Of a stretch of DNA of 64,000 bases, positions 54,548-63,736 are shown one piece after another (positions within the stretch are counted from its first letter, which is position 1; every line of letters starts with the position of its first letter). The notes beneath the pieces were generated by a model. The model saw only the letters and a program-made list of their open reading frames with translations. It was not told the DNA's origin and ran no database searches. The translations under genes and the position numbers were made by a program. Source of the stretch: Candidatus Limnocylindrales bacterium (GTDB lineage: Bacteria > Chloroflexota > Limnocylindria > Limnocylindrales > CSP1-4); contig DATBLH010000011.1 of assembly GCA_036555445.1 (NCBI GenBank), positions 30,528-94,527 of the forward strand, given 5' to 3'.

Positions 54548-54613
54548 CCGGGCGGCTCCTCCTGTGGCCAGGGCGCTGTGCGGACGAGACGGGCCCCAAC
54601 GCCCCCGGGTCAG

Positions 54614-55729
54614 CTAGCCCGGGCGACGATAGAACGGAAGCGGGACGACCTCGGCCTCGACGCGGGTGTCACGGATCTCGACGGCCAGTATCGTACCCGG
54701 CTCCGCGTCGCCCGGAGCGACGTACGCCATCGCGATCGGGACCCCGAGGGTCGGCGAGTGCGTGCCGCTCGTCACGCTGCCCGTCCGTCGGTCGGCGGAC
54801 CACACCGGATGACCGTGGCGGGCGATCCCGCGGCCGCGCACGATGAGGCCGACGAGGCGGCGGACCGGTCCCTCCCGGGCCACCTTCTCGAGGGCGGCCC
54901 GCCCCACGAAGTCCCCGTCCTTGTCCAGCTTGACGACCCGGCCGAGGCCGGCCTCGTAGGGGCTCGTCTCGGGGTCGAGCTCATTGCCGTAGAGGGGCAT
55001 GCCCGCCTCGAGCCGAAGGGTGTCTCGGGCACCCAGTCCGCACGGAACGACGCCCGCGTCGCGACCCGCGTCCTGGAGCGCGCGCCAGAGCTCCTCGGCG
55101 CGCGAGGTCTCGACGAAGATCTCGAGCCCGTCCTCGCCCGTGTACCCGGTCCGCGCCAGGAGTGCCGGGATGCCTGCCACCGTGCCCTCGGCAATGGCGT
55201 AGTAGCGCAGCGCCGCCAGGTCCACGTCGGTCAACGGCGCCGTCACGGCCGCAGCGGCCGGACCCTGGATGGCGACCAGGGCCGTCGCGAGCGAGCGATC
55301 GTCGAGGATCGCCTTGACCCCGCCGATCCGCTCCGCGAGCAGGTCGCTCACGAGGTGGGCGTTGGCTGCATTCGCGACGACGAGGAAGCGCTCCTCGCCC
55401 AGGCGGTAGACGATCAGGTCGTCGAGAACGCCACCGTCGGCGGCGCAGATCATCGAGTACTGCGCGCGGCCGACCGCAAGGGTGCGGGGGTCGGACACGA
55501 GGGCTGCCGCGAGGCCGACGGCGGCATCCTCACCCAGGACGAACAGCTCGCCCATGTGCGACAGGTCGAACAGGCCGGCACGTTCGCGGACGGCGCGGTG
55601 CTCCTCGAGGATGCCCGCGTACTGCACCGGCATCAGCCAGCCGGCGAACTCGATCAGCCGGGCGCCCAGGCTCCGGTGGACGGTTTCGAGCGGGCTGTGG
55701 ACGAGCGCCGTCTCGGCAGGGCCGACCAC
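54614..55729 (-). CDS. gcvT: glycine cleavage system aminomethyltransferase T (GTG start)
   Basis: 371 aa. Confidence 0.95.
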   Translation of the reverse strand: MVGPAETALVHSPLETVHRSLGARLIEFAGWLMPVQYAGILEEHRAVRERAGLFDLSHMGELFVLGEDAAVGLAAALVSDPRTLAVGRAQYSMICAADGGVLDDLIVYRLGEERFLVVANAANAHLVSDLLAERIGGVKAILDDRSLATALVAIQGPAAAAVTAPLTDVDLAALRYYAIAEGTVAGIPALLARTGYTGEDGLEIFVETSRAEELWRALQDAGRDAGVVPCGLGARDTLRLEAGMPLYGNELDPETSPYEAGLGRVVKLDKDGDFVGRAALEKVAREGPVRRLVGLIVRGRGIARHGHPVWSADRRTGSVTSGTHSPTLGVPIAMAYVAPGDAEPGTILAVEIRDTRVEAEVVPLPFYRRPG

Positions 55730-55731
55730 GG

Positions 55732-56229
55732 TCAGGCGCCGGCCTCGGCGATCCCCTCGCCGTCGACGGGCGCGGTGTCGCCGGTCAGGCCACCCGCCTC
55801 GATCGCCGCGGCGGCCCGGGCCACCAGGTCGCGTTCGGTCTCGAACGTGAGCAGTGCCGGCGCGTCCCGGAAGTCAACCCACCGGACGTCGGCAAACTCG
55901 TGGTCGTGGTCGGCGAGGTCGCCACCCACGGGCTCCATGAGGAAGTAGTGCACGGTCTTGTGAATGCGCGTCCCCGACTGGACGAATGTGTACCGGATGT
56001 GGGCGAGCGGCCCCGCAATCCGGACCGCGAGACCGGTCTCCTCGCCAACCTCACGCAGGGCCGTCTCCTCGCGGGTCTCGCCGGGCAACGGCGTCCCCTT
56101 GGGCAGCGTCCAGGTGACGTTATCGCGTTCGCGCCGGCGCATGCCGACGACGAGCTGGGGCTCCCCTTCCCGGTAGCGCACGACGATCCCGCCGGAGGAG
56201 GTGGCGGTGGCGTTCCTCAGGCGCGCCAC
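55732..56229 (-). CDS. NUDIX hydrolase (GTG start), first cistron of the gcv operon
   Basis: 165 aa with Nudix box GETREETALREVGEETG. Its stop is 2 nt before the gcvT start. Confidence 0.8.
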   Translation of the reverse strand: MARLRNATATSSGGIVVRYREGEPQLVVGMRRRERDNVTWTLPKGTPLPGETREETALREVGEETGLAVRIAGPLAHIRYTFVQSGTRIHKTVHYFLMEPVGGDLADHDHEFADVRWVDFRDAPALLTFETERDLVARAAAAIEAGGLTGDTAPVDGEGIAEAGA

Positions 56230-56559
56230 GGCGCCGGGGCGGCGCTGGAGCGGAGATCCGGGCCGCGACGCGCGAAGCTGGCCCAGCGCATCGTCACGGC
56301 CGGGCGTGGGCGCCCGGTCGTCGGCCGCAGGCCATGGGCGGGGCGAAGCCCCCGCCCGCTTGCGCGCAGACGGGCGAGAGGACCGGGGTCGCTCGTCCGC
56401 AGGACGGTGGCCCGGTGGGTCGCTGCTCGGAAGATGACGCTCGATCGGAGCCCAAGCCGCCGGTCGCGGTCTCGGGCCCCGGGGCGGACGAACCGCGCTA
56501 CCGGCCTCGCCGCGTACCGGGCGGCAATGTTGTGCTCCATCGGGCGCAATGGTACTGCC

Positions 56560-57612
56560 TCAGACCGGCGTTGCAAGCATCGCGCGGAGGTCCTGAGCGA
56601 CCTTCGTTGTCAGCGCGCCACGGCCCTCCGCGAGCTCGATCTCGCGTTCGGCGGCGGCTCGATAGAGCGCCAGGACACCGGGGGCATGGGCCTGTAGCGT
56701 GGCCAGGTGCGCCTCGAGGGTCCCGCGGTCGCCACGGGTGATCGGACCTGTCAGTGCGGCGCGGATGCCCAGGGTCCGGGCGTTGTCCAGCGTCTGCTCC
56801 ACGAGCGGGCCGTAGATCGCCAGCGAGCCGGGCTCATCGAGTCCGGCCACCCGGCCCAGCTCCGCGATCGCGTCGAGGAGGGCGACGAAGCCGCCTGCGG
56901 CGAGCACCGCCGCGGCGTGGTACGCGGGCTTGGTCCCGGCGGCCAGCCGGACCGGTGTCGCGCCCACGGCCTCGGCCATTCCGGCCAGCAGGCCGGCGAG
57001 CTGATCGTCGCCTTCGATCGCGATCGTTGCGCCGTGGAGTGCGGCCACCGCCCGTTCGGTGTCCGCGAAGGCGACCAGCGGGTGGAACGAACCCGCCTGG
57101 GTCCCGGCCGCGAGGGCCGGCTCGAGGACGTCGGCGCCGAGCAGGCCGCTGGTATGGACGATCGCCTGGCCGCTGTACAGGCGGATCGAGGCCGCCACCT
57201 GGCCGATGGCATCATCCGGCACGCAGACGAGGACGAGCTCCACCTCGTCCAGGAGCGCGCTCGCCTCGGCGAACCGTCGGGCACCCGGGACGAGCGTCCC
57301 GAATCGATTCCGACGCTCCGGGTCGCGCGACGCCACCGCGGCCACCGGCCATCCGGCTCGTGACAGCGCGAGTCCCAGCGCCGAGCCCACGGCCCCGGCA
57401 CCGACGATGCCGACGAGCGGTGCCTCGCCTGGCTGGCTCCGGTGGTGCGGGTGGGAGTGGTCGTGCGCCTCCGACCCGTCGGGATGACCGTCCTCGGCAT
57501 GACGGTGGCCACCGTGCGGCGTCGGGTCGAGATCGATCCCGGCGTCGCGGACCGCGTCGGCCGTGGAGCGTTCGTCGGCGGCGTCGTCCTCCTCGTCCGG
57601 CCAGGGTCGCAA
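56560..57612 (-). CDS. NAD(P)-binding Rossmann-fold protein (DUF2520/ProC-like) with a His-rich N-terminal extension; start uncertain
   Basis: VGIVGAGAVGSALGLAL (GxGxxG), preceded by HGGHRHAEDGHPDGSEAHDHSHPHH. Confidence 0.55.
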   Translation of the reverse strand: MRPWPDEEDDAADERSTADAVRDAGIDLDPTPHGGHRHAEDGHPDGSEAHDHSHPHHRSQPGEAPLVGIVGAGAVGSALGLALSRAGWPVAAVASRDPERRNRFGTLVPGARRFAEASALLDEVELVLVCVPDDAIGQVAASIRLYSGQAIVHTSGLLGADVLEPALAAGTQAGSFHPLVAFADTERAVAALHGATIAIEGDDQLAGLLAGMAEAVGATPVRLAAGTKPAYHAAAVLAAGGFVALLDAIAELGRVAGLDEPGSLAIYGPLVEQTLDNARTLGIRAALTGPITRGDRGTLEAHLATLQAHAPGVLALYRAAAEREIELAEGRGALTTKVAQDLRAMLATPV

Positions 57613-57694
57613 GGTTCAGTCGACCCGGCCGCGGACGGGCAGGCGGTACCCTTCCATGCGACGAGTGTAGCGATCCACCGGGGGACTCCCGACC

Positions 57695-60544
57695 GTGCCT
57701 CTGCCCGATCCGTTCGGCGCTCGAGCCTCGCTCGGGGACGGGCTGCCGGACTACTACCGGCTCTCCGTCCTGGGCGACCGGCTCGACCTCGACCTGGCCC
57801 CGGTGACGCTCAGGATCCTGCTCGAGAACGTCCTCCGCCAGGCCGGTCGCGGGATCGTCCGCCCCGAGGACGCGGAAGCTTTGGCGGCGTGGCAGCCCGG
57901 TGGGGCGGCCGAGGCCGAGGTGCCGTTCATGCCGGCGCGGGTCATCCTCCAGGACTTCACCGGGGTGCCCGCGGTCGTCGACCTCGCCGTCATGCGCGAT
58001 GCCATGGCCGACCTGGGCGGTGACCCGGCGCGCGTGAATCCGCTGGTCCCGGCCGACCTCGTCATCGACCACTCGGTCCAGGTGGACATGTTCGGGAACG
58101 AGCGCGCATTCGCGTTCAACGTCGATCGCGAGTACGAGCGCAACGGGGAGCGCTACCAGCTCCTCCGCTGGGCACAGACGGCGTTCCGTGACCTGCGGGT
58201 CGTGCCACCGGGAACCGGGATCGTGCACCAGGTGAACCTGGAGTACCTGGCCACGGTCGTCGTCGACGGGGACGACGAGTCGGGCCGGGTCGCCTATCCC
58301 GACACGCTGGTCGGCACCGACTCCCACACCACGATGATCAACGCCCTTGGGGTCCTGGGCTATGGCGTCGGCGGGATCGAGGCGGAGGCCGTGCTCCTCG
58401 GGCAACCGCTGTATCAGCCGATGCCGCGGATCGTCGGGGTGCGGCTCCACGGCGAGCTTCCGCGCGGGTCGACGGCGACGGATCTCGTGCTCGTCGTCAC
58501 CGAGCTCCTGCGCGGCTACGGCGTGGTGGGTGCGTTCGTCGAGTTCGCGGGCGATGGCCTGGCCGGCCTGTCGCTCGCCGACCGGGCCACGATCTCGAAC
58601 ATGAGCCCGGAGTTCGGGGCGACGTCGACCCTGTTCCCGATCGACGACGAGACCCTCGCGTATCTGCGGCTGACCGGGCGCTCGGCCGAGCGGATCGCGC
58701 TGGTGGAACGCTATGCCCGGGCCCAGGGACTGTGGCGCGAGCAGGGTCAAGCGCCGGTGTTCGACGATCTCCTGGAGCTCGATCTGGCCTCCGTGGAGCC
58801 CTCCGTCGCCGGCCCTCGCCGGCCGCAGGACCGCGTCCCGTTGACGGCACTCCGGTCCAGCTTCCGGTCGACGTTCCCGGACGGCCTCGAGGCACCCGGC
58901 GAGCTGCCTTCCACCGGCACGCCGACCGGACCCGTGGACGAGGCCTCGGACGAGTCGTTCCCGGCCAGTGACCCACCGGCGTTCTCGACCGCCGAGCCGT
59001 CGGCGCAACCGGCCACGACCCCGCGGCCGTCGCCTGCGATGGAGGCGCCGGCACCGGTGGTGGACGACGACCGGGAGTACCGGCCGGTGCCGGTCGAGGT
59101 GGCCGGTCGCCACGTCACGCTCCGGACGGGCTCGGTGGTGATCGCCGCGATCACCTCGTGCACGAACACCTCGAACCCGACCGTCATGATCGGCGCCGGG
59201 CTGCTGGCCCGCAACGCCGTGGCCCGTGGACTGACCGTGCAGCCGTCGGTGAAGACCTCGCTGGCGCCGGGCTCGAAGGCCGTGACGGGCTATCTCCAGG
59301 CCGCAGGCCTGATGGCGCCGCTGGAGGAGCTCGGCTTCGCGCTCGCCGGCTACGGCTGCACGACCTGTATCGGCAACTCGGGGCCGCTCGACGAGCCGAT
59401 CGCGGCCGCCGTCGAGGCCAATGACCTGGTGGTCGCCGCGGTGCTGTCCGGGAATCGCAATTTCGAGGGCCGGATCCATCCCCTCGCGCGGGCGAGCTAT
59501 CTCGCATCGCCACCGCTCGTGGTCGCGTTCGCGCTCGCCGGCCGGGTGGACATCGACCTCACGCTGGAGCCGTTGGGGACCGATCGTGACGGCCGGCCGG
59601 TGATGCTCGCCGACCTGTGGCCGCGCCCGGACGAGATCCGCGAGGTGATCGGAACGGCGATCGATCCCGAGCTGTTCCGCCAGACCTACGCGGTCGTGTT
59701 CGAGGGCGACGATCGCTGGCGCGCGCTGCCGATCCCGTCCGGCGACCGCTACGCCTGGGACGACACGTCGACCTACATCGCGAGGCCGCCGTTCTTCGAC
59801 GGGATGGGCATGGAGCCGGCGCCGGTGGGCGACATCGAGGGCGCCCGGGTGCTGGTGGTCCTCGGGGATTCGGTGACCACCGATCACATCTCGCCGGCCG
59901 GGTCCATCGCCCCGTGGTCGCCGGCGGGCCAGTGGCTCCAGGAGCACGGCGTGCCGCCGTTGCAGTTCAACTCCTATGGCGCCCGGCGCGGACACCATGA
60001 GGTGATGATGCGCGGGACGTTCGGGAACATCCGGCTCCGGAACGCGCTCGCCGGTGACCGGGAGGGTCCGCACACCGTCCACCTCCCGGACGGCGAGGAG
60101 ACCTTCATCTACGACGCGGCGATCCGCTACCGGGACGAGGGTGTGCCGCTCATCGTCCTGGCCGGCCGGGAGTACGGCTCTGGCTCGTCGCGGGACTGGG
60201 CGGCGAAGGGGACTGCGCTCCTCGGTGTCCGGGCGGTGGTCGCCGAATCGTTCGAGCGAATCCACCGTTCGAACCTGGTCGGGATGGGGGTCCTCCCGAT
60301 CCAGTTCGGACCCGGCGACGGTGCAGCATCCCTGGGCCTCACCGGTCGCGAAAGGTATGCCGTCCGCTGGCCGTCAGGGACCCCATCGGCGCGTTCGCGA
60401 GTGGTGGTCACGGCCATGGATGATGGCGGCGGCGAGCGCCGGTTCGAAGCGATCGCCCGCCTCGACGGCCCGATCGAGGTGGACTACTACCGCCAGGGAG
60501 GGATCCTGCCGGCCGTCCTGCGCCGACTCGCCGGCCCTGCCTAG
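57695..60544 (+). CDS. acnA: aconitate hydratase A (GTG start)
   Basis: 949 aa with ILLENVLR, VIDHSVQVD, ITSCTNTSNP, SGNRNFEGR. Confidence 0.95.
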   Translation: MPLPDPFGARASLGDGLPDYYRLSVLGDRLDLDLAPVTLRILLENVLRQAGRGIVRPEDAEALAAWQPGGAAEAEVPFMPARVILQDFTGVPAVVDLAVMRDAMADLGGDPARVNPLVPADLVIDHSVQVDMFGNERAFAFNVDREYERNGERYQLLRWAQTAFRDLRVVPPGTGIVHQVNLEYLATVVVDGDDESGRVAYPDTLVGTDSHTTMINALGVLGYGVGGIEAEAVLLGQPLYQPMPRIVGVRLHGELPRGSTATDLVLVVTELLRGYGVVGAFVEFAGDGLAGLSLADRATISNMSPEFGATSTLFPIDDETLAYLRLTGRSAERIALVERYARAQGLWREQGQAPVFDDLLELDLASVEPSVAGPRRPQDRVPLTALRSSFRSTFPDGLEAPGELPSTGTPTGPVDEASDESFPASDPPAFSTAEPSAQPATTPRPSPAMEAPAPVVDDDREYRPVPVEVAGRHVTLRTGSVVIAAITSCTNTSNPTVMIGAGLLARNAVARGLTVQPSVKTSLAPGSKAVTGYLQAAGLMAPLEELGFALAGYGCTTCIGNSGPLDEPIAAAVEANDLVVAAVLSGNRNFEGRIHPLARASYLASPPLVVAFALAGRVDIDLTLEPLGTDRDGRPVMLADLWPRPDEIREVIGTAIDPELFRQTYAVVFEGDDRWRALPIPSGDRYAWDDTSTYIARPPFFDGMGMEPAPVGDIEGARVLVVLGDSVTTDHISPAGSIAPWSPAGQWLQEHGVPPLQFNSYGARRGHHEVMMRGTFGNIRLRNALAGDREGPHTVHLPDGEETFIYDAAIRYRDEGVPLIVLAGREYGSGSSRDWAAKGTALLGVRAVVAESFERIHRSNLVGMGVLPIQFGPGDGAASLGLTGRERYAVRWPSGTPSARSRVVVTAMDDGGGERRFEAIARLDGPIEVDYYRQGGILPAVLRRLAGPA

Positions 60545-60573
60545 CGGCTCCTTCGCGTCCGAGGGCCGGGTGG

Positions 60574-60650
60574 TGGTGGGCGATACTGGGCTCGAACCAG
60601 TGACCTCGCGGATGTGAACCGCGCGCTCTGACCGACTGAGCTAATCGCCC
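60574..60650 (-). tRNA. tRNA-Val (anticodon CAC)
   Basis: Minus-strand GGGCGAT-TA-GCTC-AGTCGGTCA-GAGC-G-CGCGG-TTCACAT-CCGCG-AGGTC-ACTGG-TTCGAGC-CCAGT-ATCGCCC-A-CCA folds as a cloverleaf. CCA is encoded. Folded by eye only. Confidence 0.8.
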
Positions 60651-60837
60651 GGGACGCCTCGCGGCGGCGATCATACCCCAGCATCGGGGTCAGACCCGGA
60701 GGCCCGGCCGGCGCGCCCAAAGGTCGTCCGCCGTCACGCCGTCGACGACGCCCGTGACACGGCCGAACCCGGATCGCGGAGTGACCCGGACGGCGAACCG
60801 CGCTTCGATCCCGTCCAGGTCGTCCGGCTGCCGAGGC

Positions 60838-61083
60838 CTAGGTGAACGCCCGGAGCAATGCGAACAGGATCAGCAGGACGATCGTGGGCGACAGGTCGAT
60901 CATCCCGGTCCTCGGGAGCAGGCGGCGGACCGGGGCGAGGATCGGCTCGGTGGTCTGGATGATGAACGCCGAGGCGGCGTTCCGGCCCATCGGGTCCACC
61001 CACGAAACGAGGACGCGGCCGAAGATCAGGACGATCAGGGCGAGGACGAACAGGGACAGGAAGTTCCGGGCGAAGGCCTGCAC
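60838..61083 (-). CDS. YggT family membrane protein (GTG start)
   Basis: 81 aa: ...PVRRLLPRTGMIDLSPTIVLLILFALL. Confidence 0.75.
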   Translation of the reverse strand: MQAFARNFLSLFVLALIVLIFGRVLVSWVDPMGRNAASAFIIQTTEPILAPVRRLLPRTGMIDLSPTIVLLILFALLRAFT

Positions 61084-61146
61084 GAATCGGAGTCTAGCAG
61101 CCGGTCCGCGGCCCTCCGGCGGCCGCCGCAGACCGTCCGTCGATGC

Positions 61147-61860
61147 TCAGTGAGGCCGCTCGCCGAACAACGCCCGACCGACGCGGACGTTCGTCGCGCC
61201 CTCCTCGATGGCGATCTCGAAGTCGTCACTCATGCCCATCGAGAGCTCGGGTCCCAGTCTCGGGTGGCTGGCCCGGAGGTGGTCGCCGATCTTCCGCAGT
61301 GCCCGGAAGGTCGACCGCGAGTCCTCGATCCGGTCCACCTGCCGGCCAACCGTCATCAGACCCCCGATCTCGAGCGCGGGCAGGGCCAGCAGCTCCTCGA
61401 TGACCAGCCCGAGATCGGCCGAATCGAAGCCTGCCTTCGCCGGGTCGCGATCGACGTTGACCTGGAGCAGGACCGGGAGCCGCGTGCCCGGCCGCTCCTC
61501 GGCGACGATGCGGTCGACGCGCCTGGCCAGGTCGAGCGAATCGATCGTCTCGATCACATCGAAGGTCGCCACCGCGCGACGGACCTTGTTCGACTGGAGG
61601 GGACCCACGAGGTGCCAGCGAGCCCCGGTCACGCTGCCGACCTTGCCCTCCGCTTCCTGCACCCGGTTCTCGCCGAACACCGTCAGCCCGCCCGCCGCGG
61701 CGACCTGGAGCCGCTCGACCGGGACCGTCTTGGAGACGGCGACGAGACGGACCGTCGAGGGGTCCCTGCCGACGCGGGCGCACGCATCCCGGATCCGCGC
61801 GAGGACGCGCTCGTGCGCCTGGCGGAGCTGGTCCTGCTCGTGCCGCGACGGCCGGTCCAC
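61147..61860 (-). CDS. YggS/PLPBP family pyridoxal-phosphate homeostasis protein (GTG start)
   Basis: 237 aa with LVAVSKTVPVERL (PLP lysine) and HLVGPLQSNK. Confidence 0.85.
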   Translation of the reverse strand: MDRPSRHEQDQLRQAHERVLARIRDACARVGRDPSTVRLVAVSKTVPVERLQVAAAGGLTVFGENRVQEAEGKVGSVTGARWHLVGPLQSNKVRRAVATFDVIETIDSLDLARRVDRIVAEERPGTRLPVLLQVNVDRDPAKAGFDSADLGLVIEELLALPALEIGGLMTVGRQVDRIEDSRSTFRALRKIGDHLRASHPRLGPELSMGMSDDFEIAIEEGATNVRVGRALFGERPH

Positions 61861-61870
61861 CGGCCGCCGG

Positions 61871-63100
61871 CTACTTGCGCCGCAGGAAGCTCGGGATCTC
61901 CAGGTCGTCGGCGTCGAGCGCCGGCCGCTTGATCACCGGCACCGGCTCGCGCACCGGGCGATCCGCGAGAGCCGCTGCCGCCGCGTCCTCGTCGAACCGG
62001 ACCGGCGGTTCGGTCACGCCCGCGTCGGCGAGCTGTGTCCGCTGCCGCTCCAGCTCCTCGAGGAAGTCGCGCTCGCGGGTCGGCCGGGCAGCGCCATCGA
62101 CCGCCGGGTGCGCAGCCGTCGACTCCCGCCGGACGGGCTCCCGTCGGCGGGTGCCGTCGAAGCCCGTGGCGATGACGGTGATCGCGACCTCGTCGCCGAG
62201 CCGCTCGTTGAAGCTGGTGCCGAAGATCACGTTCGCTTCCGGGTCCGCAGCGGCACGGATCTCCTCGGCGGCCTCGGTGACCTCGTGGAGCGACAGGTTG
62301 GACGAGCCCGTGATGTTGAACAGGATTCCCTGGGCGCCCTGGATGTTCACCTCGAGCAACGGGCTCGCGATCGCCATCCGGGCGGCCTCGAGGGCGCGGT
62401 TCTCGCCGGTGGCCCGGCCGATGCCCATGAGGGCAGACCCGGCGTCCTTCATGATCGCGCGCACGTCGGCGAAATCGAGGTTGATCAGCCCGGGCATCGT
62501 GATGATGTCGCTGATCCCCTGGACGCCCTGGCGGAGCACGTCGTCCACGACGCGGAACGCATCCAGGATCGAGGTGTTCTTCTGGACCACGTCGCGCAGC
62601 CGATCGTTGGGGATCGTGATCAGCGTGTCCAGCTTGGACTTCAGCTCCTCGGCCGCGCGCTCCGCGGTGATCCGGCGCTTTGCGCCCTCGAACCCGAACG
62701 GCTTCGTGACCACGCCGATCGTGAGGGCACCGGCCTCCTTGGCGATCTCGGCCACGACCGGGGCACCGCCCGAGCCCGTGCCGCCACCCAGCCCGGCGGT
62801 GATGAACACCATGTCCGAGCCCTCGAGGGCCTGGGCGATCTTCTCGGAGTCCTCCTCTGCGGCCCGCTGGCCGATCGTCGCATCGCCGCCGGCGCCGAGG
62901 CCGCGCGTGACCTTGTCGCCGATCCGGATCTTGTGCGGAGCGTCCGACTGGAGGAGGGCCTGGGCATCCGTGTTGCAGGCGATGAACTCGACACCCATCA
63001 TCTCGGCCCGGATCATCCGGTTCACGGCGTTGCTGCCGCCGCCACCGACACCGATGACCCGGATCAGGGCGAAGTTCTCGGAATCAGAACGCAGCGGCAT
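61871..63100 (-). CDS. ftsZ: cell division protein FtsZ
   Basis: ORF 61871..63244 trimmed to the ATG at 63100, preceded by [26 protein letters not shown], and the C-terminal peptide [12 protein letters not shown]. Confidence 0.95.
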   Translation of the reverse strand: MPLRSDSENFALIRVIGVGGGGSNAVNRMIRAEMMGVEFIACNTDAQALLQSDAPHKIRIGDKVTRGLGAGGDATIGQRAAEEDSEKIAQALEGSDMVFITAGLGGGTGSGGAPVVAEIAKEAGALTIGVVTKPFGFEGAKRRITAERAAEELKSKLDTLITIPNDRLRDVVQKNTSILDAFRVVDDVLRQGVQGISDIITMPGLINLDFADVRAIMKDAGSALMGIGRATGENRALEAARMAIASPLLEVNIQGAQGILFNITGSSNLSLHEVTEAAEEIRAAADPEANVIFGTSFNERLGDEVAITVIATGFDGTRRREPVRRESTAAHPAVDGAARPTRERDFLEELERQRTQLADAGVTEPPVRFDEDAAAAALADRPVREPVPVIKRPALDADDLEIPSFLRRK

Positions 63101-63316
63101 CGCCTTCCTCCGGTGGCTCTGGGGGCCGTCGTGTGGTCTCGTCGGATGGTCGCCGCTACGGACCCTCCCTGCACGCGGTCCGGACGGCTGCGGGCGAGTA
63201 TAACGGGCATCCCGCCGACGCCGATAGCGCCAAGATGGCCCCACGCACGCGATCCGGGAACGGCGTTGCCCGACCGCACCGGACGGCCCCGGATGACTCC
63301 GTTCCGCCCCGGAGCG

Positions 63317-63736
63317 TTAGCCGGCCAGGTAGCTCAGGCGCACCGTGCGAACGGGGTTGTCGACATTGGGATCCAGGAGCGCGATCGACTGCCACGTCCC
63401 GAGGGCCAGCCGGCCGCCAACGACCGGCACCGTGAGCGACGGCGGCGCGAGGAGCGGCAGCACGTGGTCCGCGCCGTGGCCTGGACTGCCGTGGCGATGC
63501 CGCCAGCGATCGTCTCGCGGCAGGACCCGGTCGAGGGCGGCGAGCAGGTCGGTATCGGAGCCGGCGCCGAGCTCCACGACCACCAGCCCCGCGGTTGCGT
63601 GGGGAACGAACACCGAGAGCAGACCGTCGCCCCCGTCCGACGCCCGGGCAGCAAACCGCGCGCACTCGGCGGTGAGGTCGTGGAGGCCGGCGGCGGAGCC
63701 GGTCCGGACGGTGATCTCCGCGGTGTCTACGGAAAC
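63317..63736 (-). CDS. YjbQ/UPF0047 family protein (secondary thiamin-phosphate-synthase-like); 5' end and start codon unresolved
   Basis: The track ORF 63317..63613 ([16 protein letters not shown]...[16 protein letters not shown]) extends upstream in frame (...[25 protein letters not shown]...[14 protein letters not shown]). No ATG, GTG or TTG occurs there before the frame collides with the ftsA stop. Confidence 0.55.
   Translation of the reverse strand, partial: VSVDTAEITVRTGSAAGLHDLTAECARFAARASDGGDGLLSVFVPHATAGLVVVELGAGSDTDLLAALDRVLPRDDRWRHRHGSPGHGADHVLPLLAPPSLTVPVVGGRLALGTWQSIALLDPNVDNPVRTVRLSYLAG

Noticed and set aside
56230-56559. Glycine riboswitch upstream of the gcv operon
   Set aside because: No GGAGAG, CUCUGGAGAG or ACCGAAGGGGCAA-type motifs could be found on either strand. 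The region is kept as a finding to be checked with covariance models, not called as a feature.
56217-56576. 119-aa minus-strand ORF, and plus-strand ORFs 56201..56437 and 56334..56741, in the NUDIX leader
   Set aside because: Arg/Pro/Ala-rich and overlapping one another in a GC-rich intergenic region. No start context and no motifs.
60054-60674. ORFs 60054..60617 (+) and 60408..60674 (-) crossing the tRNA-Val gene
   Set aside because: They overlap a cloverleaf-forming tRNA and the acnA 3' end. Compositionally non-coding.
63334-63654. 106-aa minus-strand ORF overlapping the yjbQ frame
   Set aside because: It is in a different frame from the conserved YjbQ motifs and its translation is Arg/Ser-rich. 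Artefact.
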